Positions 16,663 to 26,494 of a stretch of DNA of 33,624 nucleotides are shown in pieces. Made by a program: the position numbers and the translations under genes. The DNA is taken from NCBI GenBank assembly GCA_002787295.1, contig PCWJ01000024.1, positions 29,931 through 63,554 on the forward strand. The letters run 5' to 3'. This DNA comes from Candidatus Nealsonbacteria bacterium CG11_big_fil_rev_8_21_14_0_20_37_68. GTDB lineage: Bacteria; Patescibacteriota; Minisyncoccia; Minisyncoccales; GCA-002782225. Position 1 is the stretch's first letter, and each line of letters begins with the position of its first letter. A model generated the notes under the pieces. That model worked only from the letters and a program-made list of their open reading frames with translations, was not told where the DNA came from and searched no databases.

Positions 16663-17394
16663 ATGCGAATTGGCGGACTCCAAAAAGTAACTTTGATTGA
16701 TTTTCCGGGCAAATTAGCCTGTACTGTTTTTTTAATTGGATGTCCATTTCGATGCCCTTTTTGCTATAATAGAGAGCTTGTTTTACCGGAACTAATTGAA
16801 AAACAGCCAAGAATTAAAAAAGAAGATTTTTTTGATTTTTTAAAAGAGAAAAAAGGACTTTTAGAAGGGGTTTGTATTACTGGGGGGGAACCAACGGCAA
16901 ATCTTGATTTGCCAGAATTTTGCCAAAAAATAAAAGAACTCGGATTTTTGGTGAAATTGGATACAAATGCCTATGACCCTGAAATGATGAAAAAATTGAT
17001 TGATGAAAAATTAATCGATTATGTGGCAATGGATGTTAAGGCCCCAAAGGAAAAATATGGAAAATTAATCGGAATTGAAAACGAAGTTTTTGTAAAAAGG
17101 ATAATTGAAAATATTGAAAGAAGTGTTGAAATTTTAAAGGAAGGAAAAATTGACTATGAGTTCCGTACTACGATGGTTCCGACCCTTTTGGAAAAGAAAG
17201 ATATTTTGGAAATTGGAAGATGGCTTTTCTCTCTCTCCCCAGGGCAAAAGCTTCCAAAATATTATTTGCAAAATTTCAGGCCAGAAAAAACAATTGACCC
17301 AAAATTTGAGAAAATTAAACCATATCCAAATGAATATTTATTAGAAATCCAAAAAGCCCTTTCTCCATTTTTTGAGGTTTGCCAGATAAGGTAA
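16663..17394 (+). CDS. nrdG: Anaerobic RNR activating radical-SAM protein
   Basis: GCPFRCPFCYN (CxxxCxxC), ITGGEPT, KLDTN; abuts nrdD. Confidence 0.95.
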   Translation: MRIGGLQKVTLIDFPGKLACTVFLIGCPFRCPFCYNRELVLPELIEKQPRIKKEDFFDFLKEKKGLLEGVCITGGEPTANLDLPEFCQKIKELGFLVKLDTNAYDPEMMKKLIDEKLIDYVAMDVKAPKEKYGKLIGIENEVFVKRIIENIERSVEILKEGKIDYEFRTTMVPTLLEKKDILEIGRWLFSLSPGQKLPKYYLQNFRPEKTIDPKFEKIKPYPNEYLLEIQKALSPFFEVCQIR

Positions 17395-17400
17395 CCCCTA

Positions 17401-17474
17401 ACCATAACGAGGACTGATTTTGTTAACTGGGGGCGCTAAAGGCGCCTTGTTTTCGTTTGGTGTGTGGGGGTAAA
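17401..17474. repeat. Intergenic copy of the mfd composite palindrome
   Basis: ACCATAACGAGGACT identical to 5327-5341; ends TCGTTTGGTGT(GT)GGGGGTAAA as in mfd. Confidence 0.9.
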
Positions 17475-17482
17475 ATAGGGGA

Positions 17483-19078
17483 ATGACCAAATCGAAGATT
17501 TTCCTCTATTTTTGTCTTTCTTTTATTGGGGGAATATTTCTGAGTTCTACTATCTTTGTTCCTGCGCTGGGATTCTCGCTAGGTAGTAGAGTTTATCTCT
17601 TACTACCGGGTTTAATTTTGGGGATTTTGCTAATTTCGATACTTTGGCAATATAAAAAAATTGTTGTTATTGGATTTTGTATTCTATTTTTGGTTGCCGG
17701 AATTTACCGTCACCAACAAGCCGAATTAAAAATTATAAATAACGAATTAAAATCCCACAACGATACCGGCAAAGAGATTATTTTAACAGGGGTAATTTCA
17801 AAAGAAGCCGACATAAGGTCAAATAATATAAAACTAATAATAACACCTGAAGAAATTCAAAATGCCGCAAACCTTCAAAATGCCGAGAACCGTTCTCGGC
17901 ATTTTGAAGGTAGGGTTTTGGTTACAACTAATCGATATCCTGAATATCAATATGGGGATAAATTAAAAATTACCGGAGAATTAAAAGCTCCCATCGAATT
18001 CGAAGATTTTAATTATAAAGATTATTTAGCTAAAGATGGAATTTATTCGGTAATGTACTATCCCAAAATTAAGCTATTAGAAAGAGAAAAATCCATAGGT
18101 CCGACCTATGTAATTTACAGCCAAATTTTATCTTTTAAAAATAAGTTGATGGAAAGCATTTATCAAAATCTTTCTCCGCCCCAATCTTCAATTCTGGGAG
18201 CGGTAATTTTGGGAGATAAAAGAAAAATTTCTGATGAGTGGAAACAAAAACTAAACATTGTCGGGGTGAGACACATTACTGCCGTTTCCGGAATGCATGT
18301 AGCAATTTTAACTACTATTTTAATGACTCTGTTGCTTGGTCTTGGTTTTTGGCGGCAGCAGGCTTTTTATTTTTCAATAGTCTTTGTTGCTTTTTTTGTA
18401 ATTATGACCGGTCTTCAGCCTTCGGCAATAAGAGCCGGAATTATGGGAGGATTGTTTTTGCTGGCCCAATATTTGGGAAGGCAGAAATTTGCCACCAATG
18501 CTCTTTTGTTGGCGGCAGTGGTAATGTTGGCAATTAATCCCTTGCTTTTAAAATTAGATGTTGGTTTTCAGTTATCCTTTTTGGCAGTTCTGGGAATCAT
18601 TTATTTAATGCCTATTTTTCAATATTATTTTCGAAAGTGGTTATCACCAGAGTGGTTTCAAAAATGTTGGTGGCTAAGTTGGCTACCGATAAAATCTATC
18701 GGCGACATTTTGGCTATGACCCTATCCGCTCAAGTTTTCACCTTGCCGATTTTAATTTATAATTTTGGCTATATGTCTTTAGTGGCTCCGATAACCAACC
18801 TTTTAATAGTTCCGTTTTTGTCCTACATTATGGGATTGGGTTTTCTTTTTGGAATTTTTGGAATAATCTCCCAGTTTCTGGGTTGGGTTTTTTCCTGGCC
18901 AGCCTGGTTACTTTTAACCTACTTAACAAAAATAGTAGATTTCTTTTCTCAAATTCCTTTGGCTTTTATAACCATAGAAAATTTGCATTGGGCATGGTTA
19001 ATAATTGCCTATTTAATTTTGGGCTATTTTACTTGGCGAATATCGCAAAAGCAAAAATTAAAGTTTTTAAATTATTAA
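17483..19078 (+). CDS. comEC: ComEC/Rec2 competence protein (DUF4131 + competence domain, no beta-lactamase domain)
   Basis: FNYKDYL, HITAVSGMHV, PSAIRAGIM, DVGFQLSFLA, many TMs. Confidence 0.95.
   Translation: MTKSKIFLYFCLSFIGGIFLSSTIFVPALGFSLGSRVYLLLPGLILGILLISILWQYKKIVVIGFCILFLVAGIYRHQQAELKIINNELKSHNDTGKEIILTGVISKEADIRSNNIKLIITPEEIQNAANLQNAENRSRHFEGRVLVTTNRYPEYQYGDKLKITGELKAPIEFEDFNYKDYLAKDGIYSVMYYPKIKLLEREKSIGPTYVIYSQILSFKNKLMESIYQNLSPPQSSILGAVILGDKRKISDEWKQKLNIVGVRHITAVSGMHVAILTTILMTLLLGLGFWRQQAFYFSIVFVAFFVIMTGLQPSAIRAGIMGGLFLLAQYLGRQKFATNALLLAAVVMLAINPLLLKLDVGFQLSFLAVLGIIYLMPIFQYYFRKWLSPEWFQKCWWLSWLPIKSIGDILAMTLSAQVFTLPILIYNFGYMSLVAPITNLLIVPFLSYIMGLGFLFGIFGIISQFLGWVFSWPAWLLLTYLTKIVDFFSQIPLAFITIENLHWAWLIIAYLILGYFTWRISQKQKLKFLNY
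17856..17911. repeat. In-frame perfect palindrome in comEC plus 12-bp partial duplication
   Basis: ACCTTCAAAATGCCGAGAA-CCG-TTCTCGGCATTTTGAAGGT (19-bp arms, 17871-17911); TTCAAAATGCCG repeated at 17856 and 17874. Confidence 0.9.
18094..18110. repeat. In-frame short palindrome in comEC
   Basis: CATAGGT-CCG-ACCTATG (IGPTY). Confidence 0.6.
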
Positions 19079-19094
19079 AAAGAACTGACTTTCG

Positions 19095-21467
19095 TCAGCT
19101 CTTTAGTGCTATACTTAAAGCCTCCTTCATTTCAGAAATAAATTTAATTTCAATTTCTTTTCTCTCCAAAGCTTTTTTTACGCTTTCAGGTAAATCCTGA
19201 AGGTCTTTTTCGTTTTCTTTGGGTAAAATTATGGTTTTGATTCCAGCCTCTTTAGCTGCCAGAACTTTTTCTTTTATTCCTCCCACTGGCCGGACCACTC
19301 CTCTTAGAGTAATTTCGCCCGTCATCGCTAAGTCATCTCGAACTCTTTGTTTTCTAAGTAAGGAAACCAGAGCTACAAGCATAGCAATTCCAGCCGAAGG
19401 TCCGTCTTTTGGAACGGCCGCTTCCGGAACATGGATGTGAACTTTATTGCCGACCGGTGATCTATCTGAAGGAATTCCTAACATTTCCAGATTAGCTTCA
19501 ACAAAAGTAAGAGCTGCCATAGCTGACTCTTGCATTATTTTTTCGACATTTCCGGTAATTTCTAAGTTCGGCTCCCTAATTTCCCTTATCATTTCTGCTT
19601 CAATAAATAGAATTTCGCCACCAACCGGGGTCCAGGCTAAACCGATAGCTACTCCCGGCCGAGAAATTCTTTCTTTCAGCTGCGATATATATCTTTTTGG
19701 TCCCAAAGTTTCAAAAAGCTTATCTTCAGTAATTATCTCTTGGGAAATCTCATTTTTGGTAATTCTTGTTGCTATCCTTCGGCAGATTTTGCCAATTTCT
19801 CTTTCTAGATTTCTTACTCCCGCCTCTCTGGTATAGTCTCGAATTATAGATTGAAGACCTTTGTCCTTAAATTGAAGCTGTTCATTGGTAAGCCCGTTGG
19901 CTTCAACTTGCTTTGGCACTAAATACTTCTTAGCTATCATTAACTTCTCTTCCCGAGTATATCCTGGAAAATCAATAATTTCCATTCTATCCTGGAGGGC
20001 GGGCTGAATGGGATCGGCTAAGTTTCCGGTGCAAATAAACATTACTTTTGATAGATCAAAAGGAACATTTAGATAATGATCGGTGAATGCATAATTTTGT
20101 TCTGGGTCCAAAACTTCCAGTAAAGCTGACGAAGGATCTCCCTGAAGGCGCTGCGTTCCAATTTTATCAATTTCATCAATCATAAATACTGGGTTCATAG
20201 AGCCGGCTCGTTTGAGCTCCTGGATAATGATTCCCGGAAGGGCTCCGACGTAAGTACGTCTGTGCCCCCTGATTTGAGCCTCGTCATAGACTCCTCCAAG
20301 GGAGATTCTAATGAATTTTCTGCCCATAGCTCTAGCAATTGACTTTCCTACCGAGGTTTTTCCTGTTCCGGGAGGGCCAATGAAACAAAGCAGCGGTCCT
20401 CTTCCTTGCGGTTTTAATTTTCTTACCGCTAAGAATTCTATGATTCTCTTTTTAACATTTTCTAAGCCGTAATGATCTTCTTCTAAAATTTTCTCTGCCT
20501 CTGATATATCCAATCTATCCTCAGTACTTACACTCCAGGGTAGAGAAACCATCCAGTCCAGCCAACTGTCAATGTATTGGCGAGTTGGATCACGAGGGTC
20601 CATTCGAGAAAATTTTTCCAAATCTTCATCAAATGCTTTTCTTGCTTCCTCAGAAAGTTTAGCTAATTCAGCTGCTTTCCTGTATTTTTTTACTTCCTCC
20701 TGTTCTTCGCCTAATTCATCTTTGAGCTTTTTTATTTGTTCTCTGATTATAAATTTTCTCTGTTCTTCTCCTAATTCTTCCCCAATCTTCTTTTGGGTTT
20801 TTATTTTCAAGACCTCTCGATATAAAGTGGTAAGAACTTTCTCTAACCTCTCTCCAACATCGAGTGTTTCTAAAATTTCTTGTTTCTCTTCTATTGAAAT
20901 GAGTTCAGTGGGAATGGTGAATATAGCCAGATCTGCTATGTATCCCGGGTCTTGAGCATTTATCATCTCGGTTTTGAGCATGCCCATTTCACTACGCTTA
21001 AAAAGCTCCAAAAATTCTAAATAGGCCGCTCTTACTGCTCCAATACGGGCTTCGACTTGGTTTGGAGCCGCCTTAGATTGGTCTGACAGCAACTCTATTT
21101 CGGCTTTGTAATAAGGAGTATCTTGAACAATTCTTTTAATTCTAAATCGGCGAATTCCGTGAACATGAATCTGAAGTATAGCCTCTTTCTCCAGATAAAA
21201 TTCGGGAATAACCTGGATTGTTCTTTGAATTTCTGCTACCGTACCTACGCTATAAAACTCTTCTGAATCTTTCTTATAAATTACAATTCCTATTAATCTC
21301 TCTCTTTTTTTTGAGATCTCCCGTAATAATATTATGCTTTCTGCTTTAGAAATAAAGATATTATTAGGCAATTCAGGAAAAACGATTCCATCAAGGACTA
21401 TTAGAATAGGTATAATTTCAGGAATTTGAATGTTTCGATCTTTGTGTTTTCTCAATTCTTTTTCCAT
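19095..21467 (-). CDS. lon: ATP-dependent Lon protease
   Basis: Lon N-domain, GPPGTGKTS, RGHRRTYVGALPG, DEIDK, PKDGPSAG (Ser), GGIKEK (Lys). ATG at 21467 has a G-rich SD-like sequence and is preferred over 21524. Confidence 0.97.
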   Translation of the reverse strand: MEKELRKHKDRNIQIPEIIPILIVLDGIVFPELPNNIFISKAESIILLREISKKRERLIGIVIYKKDSEEFYSVGTVAEIQRTIQVIPEFYLEKEAILQIHVHGIRRFRIKRIVQDTPYYKAEIELLSDQSKAAPNQVEARIGAVRAAYLEFLELFKRSEMGMLKTEMINAQDPGYIADLAIFTIPTELISIEEKQEILETLDVGERLEKVLTTLYREVLKIKTQKKIGEELGEEQRKFIIREQIKKLKDELGEEQEEVKKYRKAAELAKLSEEARKAFDEDLEKFSRMDPRDPTRQYIDSWLDWMVSLPWSVSTEDRLDISEAEKILEEDHYGLENVKKRIIEFLAVRKLKPQGRGPLLCFIGPPGTGKTSVGKSIARAMGRKFIRISLGGVYDEAQIRGHRRTYVGALPGIIIQELKRAGSMNPVFMIDEIDKIGTQRLQGDPSSALLEVLDPEQNYAFTDHYLNVPFDLSKVMFICTGNLADPIQPALQDRMEIIDFPGYTREEKLMIAKKYLVPKQVEANGLTNEQLQFKDKGLQSIIRDYTREAGVRNLEREIGKICRRIATRITKNEISQEIITEDKLFETLGPKRYISQLKERISRPGVAIGLAWTPVGGEILFIEAEMIREIREPNLEITGNVEKIMQESAMAALTFVEANLEMLGIPSDRSPVGNKVHIHVPEAAVPKDGPSAGIAMLVALVSLLRKQRVRDDLAMTGEITLRGVVRPVGGIKEKVLAAKEAGIKTIILPKENEKDLQDLPESVKKALERKEIEIKFISEMKEALSIALKS

Positions 21468-21560
21468 CTCTTTCCCCCTTATTTTTAATGTGCTTAATCT
21501 TTTTATTTTAAATAAAATACGCAAAATGTCAAGAAGAAAAAAGTATGTTAAACTAAAACA

Positions 21561-22901
21561 ATGGAAAAGATAAATTCAATCAATCAAAAAGCTTGGGTAG
21601 TGGCAGTAAGTATGGGTTATGGTCACCAAAGAACCGCTTATCCTCTAAAATATTTAGCCACCGGGCAGAAGATTATTAATGCTAATGATTATGAAGGAAT
21701 TCCCAAAAAAGATTGGCTTTTATGGGAAAGAATTCGCAAATTTTACGAATTTATTTCAAGATTTAAAAGGGTTTCGATAATTGGCCAAGCCTCTTTTTTT
21801 ATCTTCGATCAATTCCAAAAAATTCTTAGCTTTTATCCCAAAAGAGATTTATCTAAACCTAATTTTTCCTTAAAACAGATATTTTCTCTGATTAAGAAGG
21901 GCTGGGGCAAAGACCTGATTAAGAAATTAGAACAAAAGCCCCTGCCCTTTATTACTACTTTTTTTACGCCGGCCTTTATGGCTGAAGTTTTTAATTACCC
22001 TGGAGAAATTTTTTGCGTTGTTTGCGATGCAGACATCTCAAGAAGCTGGGTTTTCTTGGAGCCCCAAAAAAGCAAAATTAAATATTTTGCTCCAACATCC
22101 TGGGCAGCCCATCGGTTAAAGCTTTATGGGGTAAAAGAAGAAAATATTTTTTTAACTGGCTACCCTTTACCTCAAGAAAATCTTGGCCACCCACCCTACG
22201 GGCGGGTACCCGATTTAGAAATTTTAAAATCTGATTTAAGTTACCGGCTTTTAAATCTTGATCCAGATAAAATTTATTTTCGGCGATACAAAGTGTTAAT
22301 CGAAGAATATCTTGGAAGTTTGCCCAAAAACTCAAATCACCCTTTAACAATAATGTTTTCGGTTGGGGGAGCTGGGGTTCAGAAAGAAATTGGAATTCAG
22401 ATTGTAAAATCCTTAGCCAGAACCATTGGGGAAAGAAAAATCAAATTAATTTTGGTCGCCGGCACCAGAGAAAAAGTTAAAGAATATTTTCTAAAAAATA
22501 TAAAAAAACTGGGCCTTGAGGACACTTTAGGGAAAGGCGTTGAAATAATTTTTGCCCAAAAAATCGACGACTATTTTCAAAGATTCAATCAGGCCCTGAG
22601 AACAACCGATATTTTATGGACAAAACCAAGCGAACTTTCTTTTTATACTGCTTTAGGATTGCCAATTATTATTGCTCCTTCGATTGGCTCTCAGGAAGAT
22701 TTTAACCGAAGGTGGCTCTTACATCTGGGTTCGGGAATAGCTCAGGAGAATCCAAAATATGTTCATCAGTGGCTTTTTGATTTTTTAGAATCGGGTCGTT
22801 TTGCCGAGGCTGCTATGCAGGGATTTATTGAAGGAGAAAAACTGGGAACATTTAAGATCAAAAAAATAATTTTTAATAAAAATTCGGTTTCCCCCGTGTA
22901 G
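21561..22901 (+). CDS. GT-B fold glycosyltransferase-like protein
   Basis: SMGYGHQRTA, TG.P, SVGGAG, TKPSE, IGSQEDFN resemble MurG/MGDG-synthase-type motifs. Confidence 0.65.
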   Translation: MEKINSINQKAWVVAVSMGYGHQRTAYPLKYLATGQKIINANDYEGIPKKDWLLWERIRKFYEFISRFKRVSIIGQASFFIFDQFQKILSFYPKRDLSKPNFSLKQIFSLIKKGWGKDLIKKLEQKPLPFITTFFTPAFMAEVFNYPGEIFCVVCDADISRSWVFLEPQKSKIKYFAPTSWAAHRLKLYGVKEENIFLTGYPLPQENLGHPPYGRVPDLEILKSDLSYRLLNLDPDKIYFRRYKVLIEEYLGSLPKNSNHPLTIMFSVGGAGVQKEIGIQIVKSLARTIGERKIKLILVAGTREKVKEYFLKNIKKLGLEDTLGKGVEIIFAQKIDDYFQRFNQALRTTDILWTKPSELSFYTALGLPIIIAPSIGSQEDFNRRWLLHLGSGIAQENPKYVHQWLFDFLESGRFAEAAMQGFIEGEKLGTFKIKKIIFNKNSVSPV

Positions 22902-22952
22902 GAAATTATTCAAAACCGAGGGTTGTGAAAAGAGGGGGGTCGGGGGAAACCG
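22885..22952. repeat. Element with perfect 12-bp terminal inverted repeats overlapping the stop codon of the upstream gene
   Basis: CGGTTTCCCCCG...CGGGGGAAACCG; internal motifs shared with 10160-10280. Confidence 0.8.
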
Positions 22953-22961
22953 TGTGATCGT

Positions 22962-23903
22962 ATGCTGTGGTTAATCGTTGCCATTTCGGCTTATTTAATT
23001 TTAGCCATTGTTCAGTTGGTTGATAAATATCTTTTGGCAGGTCCCATTCCCAGCCCAAAGGTTTATTCTTTTTATGTGGGAGCATTGGGGATTTTAATTT
23101 TAATCCTTGCTCCTTTTGTTAATTTTTATGTCCCGGAAATTAAGCAAATTATTTTAAGTTTAGTGGCAGGCGCCATTTTTATTTATGCCCTTTTTTGGTT
23201 TTATAAAGCTCTTCAAAAATATGAAGCATCTCGGGTAGTGTCGGCTGTCGGCGGAATTTTACCAATCTTTACTTTCGGATTAGTTTATGTCTTTTCTGGC
23301 GGGAAAGAAATCCTTAAACCTTGGGAATTTTTATCCCTTATTTTGCTAATTTTAGGAGGCGTTTTAATTACGTATGAAAAATCCAAAAAAATTTCTTTAA
23401 AAAGTTTCCAGATTTCTGCCATAGCCGCTTTTTTCTTAGCCCTATCATTTGTTCTTTCTAAATATGTTTATATGGTTTTACCCTTCTGGTCGGGCTACAT
23501 CTGGATAAAAATTGGTGGATTTTTAATGGCAATAGGTTTTCTTTTAACCCGGGAAGTAAGAAGTAAATTATTTAAGGTAAAAATAGCTAGGGTGGTGGGC
23601 GGGTGGCGTCCAAAAAAGACGGCCGGTATTTTTCTTTCAAATCAAGCTGCCGGAGCCGGAGCTAATATCCTGCAGAATTGGGCAATCGCCTTGGCTCCAT
23701 TAATTTGTGTACCCTTAATAAATGCTCTCCAGGGAGTTCAGTATGTTGCTTTATTAATTTTCGTCACCTTACTTTCTTTAACCCGGCCCTTTTGGGCAAA
23801 AAAGGTTGGGCTAAAAGAAGAGATTTCCAAAGAAGTAATTTTTCAGAAGCTTTTTGCCATTTTGCTTATCGGGACAGGGCTTGCTTTATTGGTTCTAAAG
23901 TGA
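22962..23903 (+). CDS. EamA/DMT-like multi-pass membrane protein
   Basis: About 10 hydrophobic segments in two repeats; KALQKYEASRV, KE.L motifs. Confidence 0.8.
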   Translation: MLWLIVAISAYLILAIVQLVDKYLLAGPIPSPKVYSFYVGALGILILILAPFVNFYVPEIKQIILSLVAGAIFIYALFWFYKALQKYEASRVVSAVGGILPIFTFGLVYVFSGGKEILKPWEFLSLILLILGGVLITYEKSKKISLKSFQISAIAAFFLALSFVLSKYVYMVLPFWSGYIWIKIGGFLMAIGFLLTREVRSKLFKVKIARVVGGWRPKKTAGIFLSNQAAGAGANILQNWAIALAPLICVPLINALQGVQYVALLIFVTLLSLTRPFWAKKVGLKEEISKEVIFQKLFAILLIGTGLALLVLK

Positions 23904-23939
23904 AAAACGGCAAAAAACCTTTCTCCACCTCTACTTTTT

Positions 23940-24929
23940 ATGAAAAAGATTTTAAAGCGAATTTTATTTGCTCTTTTGATTCTTTTTTTGGTTCTTTGCG
24001 GTTATTTTTTTATTGGTTCGGCTCCTCAGGCAGAAAAAATTAGCTGGGGAGTTAATTTTTCCCAAAAGCATGCTGAAAATTTGGGGATTTCGTGGCAGGA
24101 AACCTATTTGGCTCTGCTTGATGATTTGAAGGTAAAAAATGTAAAATTAATTACTTATTGGGATTTAATTGAGCCGGAGGAGGGACAGTATAATTTTAAA
24201 GATTTACACTGGCAGCTTAAAGAGGCCCAAAAACGAGATGTAAAAATTCTCTTAGTCATTGGTATGAAAACCGGTCGCTGGCCGGAATGTCATATTCCTG
24301 ACTGGGCAAAAAATTTATCAGAAGAAGAACAACAAGAAAAAGTTTTAAATTTGATTAAAAAAATCGTTCCAAGATTTCGCGAATACTCCTTTGTAAATAT
24401 GTGGCAAGTGGAAAACGAACCCTTCTTTCCTTTCGGAGAGTGTCCTAAAGTTGATAAAGATTTTCTAAGAAGGGAAATAAATTTGGTAAAATCCCTGGAT
24501 TCCAGCCGGCCGATTGTTATTTCAGACAGCGGTGAGTTTTCTTCCTGGTTTAATGCTGCCAGAACCGGAGATATAGTTGGCACAACCTTACATCGAAAAG
24601 TCTGGTTCAAAGAGCTTAAAATGTATGTTTCTTATCCATTCCGACCAATCTATTACTGGCGAAAAGCCCAAATTATAAAAAAATTATTTCAAAAAGAAGT
24701 AATCTGCGTCGAGCTTCAGGCTGAACCCTGGTGCCCGACGCTTCTTTACGATTGCTCGCTCGAAGAACAGAAAAAAACTATGAATTTGGAACAGTTTCAA
24801 AAAAACATTGAATTTGCCAAAAAGACCGGCCTGGATACATTTTACCTCTGGGGAGCTGAATGGTGGCAGTGGCTACGAATTAACCAAGGTGATTCTGCTA
24901 TTTGGGATGAGGCCAAAAAACTTTTCTAA
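23940..24929 (+). CDS. Membrane-anchored glycoside hydrolase, clan GH-A-like
   Basis: N-terminal TM, W..IEPEEGQYNF, WQVENEP (acid/base), VELQAEPW (nucleophile candidate). Confidence 0.8.
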   Translation: MKKILKRILFALLILFLVLCGYFFIGSAPQAEKISWGVNFSQKHAENLGISWQETYLALLDDLKVKNVKLITYWDLIEPEEGQYNFKDLHWQLKEAQKRDVKILLVIGMKTGRWPECHIPDWAKNLSEEEQQEKVLNLIKKIVPRFREYSFVNMWQVENEPFFPFGECPKVDKDFLRREINLVKSLDSSRPIVISDSGEFSSWFNAARTGDIVGTTLHRKVWFKELKMYVSYPFRPIYYWRKAQIIKKLFQKEVICVELQAEPWCPTLLYDCSLEEQKKTMNLEQFQKNIEFAKKTGLDTFYLWGAEWWQWLRINQGDSAIWDEAKKLF

Positions 24930-24930
24930 A

Positions 24931-26493
24931 ATGAACTTACCTTATTATTTAAAAATTGGTCGAGCCGTCGATCTTGCAGATCCTAAAGAAAGGAAAATTT
25001 ATCGGTTTTTTGAAATCTTGCCGGGAGCTATCTCCTGGTTAACTTTATTCTTAGTTATTTTTTTATCTTGGTTAAAACCGGTTTGGATGGCTTTCTTTAT
25101 TATCGGTTTTGTAATTTACTGGCTATGTCGGACAATCTATTTTTCTTTTCATCTCAGCGCTTGTTATCGCCAAATGCGAAAAAACGAAAAAACTGATTGG
25201 CTGGAAAAACTAAAGAAATTTGACGAAAATTGGCCCAAAATCTATCATTTGATTGTTTTGCCAATGCATAAAGAGTCATTAGAGATTATCAGAGAAGGCT
25301 TTATTTCTTTATTAAATTCTGATTGGCCAAAAGAGAAAATGATTGTGGTTCTAACCTGTGAGGAAAAAGGAAATAAAAAAGCCGCAGAGATGATTAAAAA
25401 TGAATTCAGTTCTAAATTTTTTAAATTTTTATTAACTTTCCATCCGGCGAATTTGCCTGGCGAAATTGCCGGCAAGGGCGCAAACGAAACCTGGGGAGCA
25501 AAAAGAACCAAAGAATTAATTATCGATCCGCTAAAAATTCCTTACGAGAAAATAATTTATTCTTCTTTAGACGCCGATGCCTGCGTTTTTCCAAAATATT
25601 TTAGTTGTTTGACCTATTATTATTTGACTCAAAAAAATCCAACCCTTTGTAGTTTTCAACCCGTTCCTCTTTTTATTAATAATATTTGGCAGACCCCTCC
25701 TATTTCTCGAATTTTTGCCTTTTCAGCAAGTTTTTGGCAGATGATGAGTCAGGAAAGGCCCGAAAAATTAATTACTTTTTCTTCCCATTCTATGTCCTTT
25801 AAATCTTTAGTTGAGGTAGGATTTAGGCAAACTAATGTAGTTTCTGATGACTCTCGAATTTTCTGGCAATGTTTTTTAAGGTATAATGGAGATTATCACG
25901 TTGTTCCTTTATATTATCCCATAGCCATGGATGCCAATTGTGCCCCAACTTTTTTAAAAACAATGAAAAATGTCTATAAACAACAGAGAAGATGGGCTTA
26001 TGGAGTAGGGGATGTTCCCTACTTTCTGTTTGGGTTTTATAAAGATTGGCAAAGATTTAGTTTTAGGAAGAGGGCGGAGAATAAAAGAATTCCCATTTCT
26101 AAAAAATTTTCTTTAGGATTTATCCTTATTGAAGGACATTGGTCTTGGGCAACTAATTCCATTATTATTTTTTTATTAGGCTGGTTACCATTAACGTTAG
26201 GAGGTCATGAATTTGGCCAGAGTCTTTTGGCTCATAGTTTGCCAGTTTTTGTTCGCAATGTCTTAACCTGTGCAATGTTGGGCTTAGTTGGTTCAGCCTA
26301 TTTTAATATTCTTTTACTTCCTCCCAAACCCCCGAATTACGGTAGTAAAAAATATTTTCTTTTTATTTTAGAATGGTTTTTGCTTCCGTTAATTATGATA
26401 TTCTTTACTGCTTTTCCTGCCCTGGATGCCCAAACCAGATGGATGCTGGGGAAATATATGGGTTTTTGGCCAACAGAGAAATTTCGAAGATAA
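24931..26493 (+). CDS. Processive family-2 glycosyltransferase (multi-TM)
   Basis: GKGAN, LDAD, SDD, QQRRW; TMs on both sides. ATG at 24931, just after the upstream stop, is the likely start. Confidence 0.88.
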   Translation: MNLPYYLKIGRAVDLADPKERKIYRFFEILPGAISWLTLFLVIFLSWLKPVWMAFFIIGFVIYWLCRTIYFSFHLSACYRQMRKNEKTDWLEKLKKFDENWPKIYHLIVLPMHKESLEIIREGFISLLNSDWPKEKMIVVLTCEEKGNKKAAEMIKNEFSSKFFKFLLTFHPANLPGEIAGKGANETWGAKRTKELIIDPLKIPYEKIIYSSLDADACVFPKYFSCLTYYYLTQKNPTLCSFQPVPLFINNIWQTPPISRIFAFSASFWQMMSQERPEKLITFSSHSMSFKSLVEVGFRQTNVVSDDSRIFWQCFLRYNGDYHVVPLYYPIAMDANCAPTFLKTMKNVYKQQRRWAYGVGDVPYFLFGFYKDWQRFSFRKRAENKRIPISKKFSLGFILIEGHWSWATNSIIIFLLGWLPLTLGGHEFGQSLLAHSLPVFVRNVLTCAMLGLVGSAYFNILLLPPKPPNYGSKKYFLFILEWFLLPLIMIFFTAFPALDAQTRWMLGKYMGFWPTEKFRR

Positions 26494-26494
26494 C

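Noticed and set aside
19095..21524. lon as a horizontally acquired or mobile insert (opposite strand to neighbours)
   Set aside because: No flanking repeats or mobility genes; orientation alone is insufficient.
24808..24930. N-terminal extension of the processive GT2 in the ORF track
   Set aside because: It overlaps the upstream GH gene; the ATG at 24931 is the plausible start.
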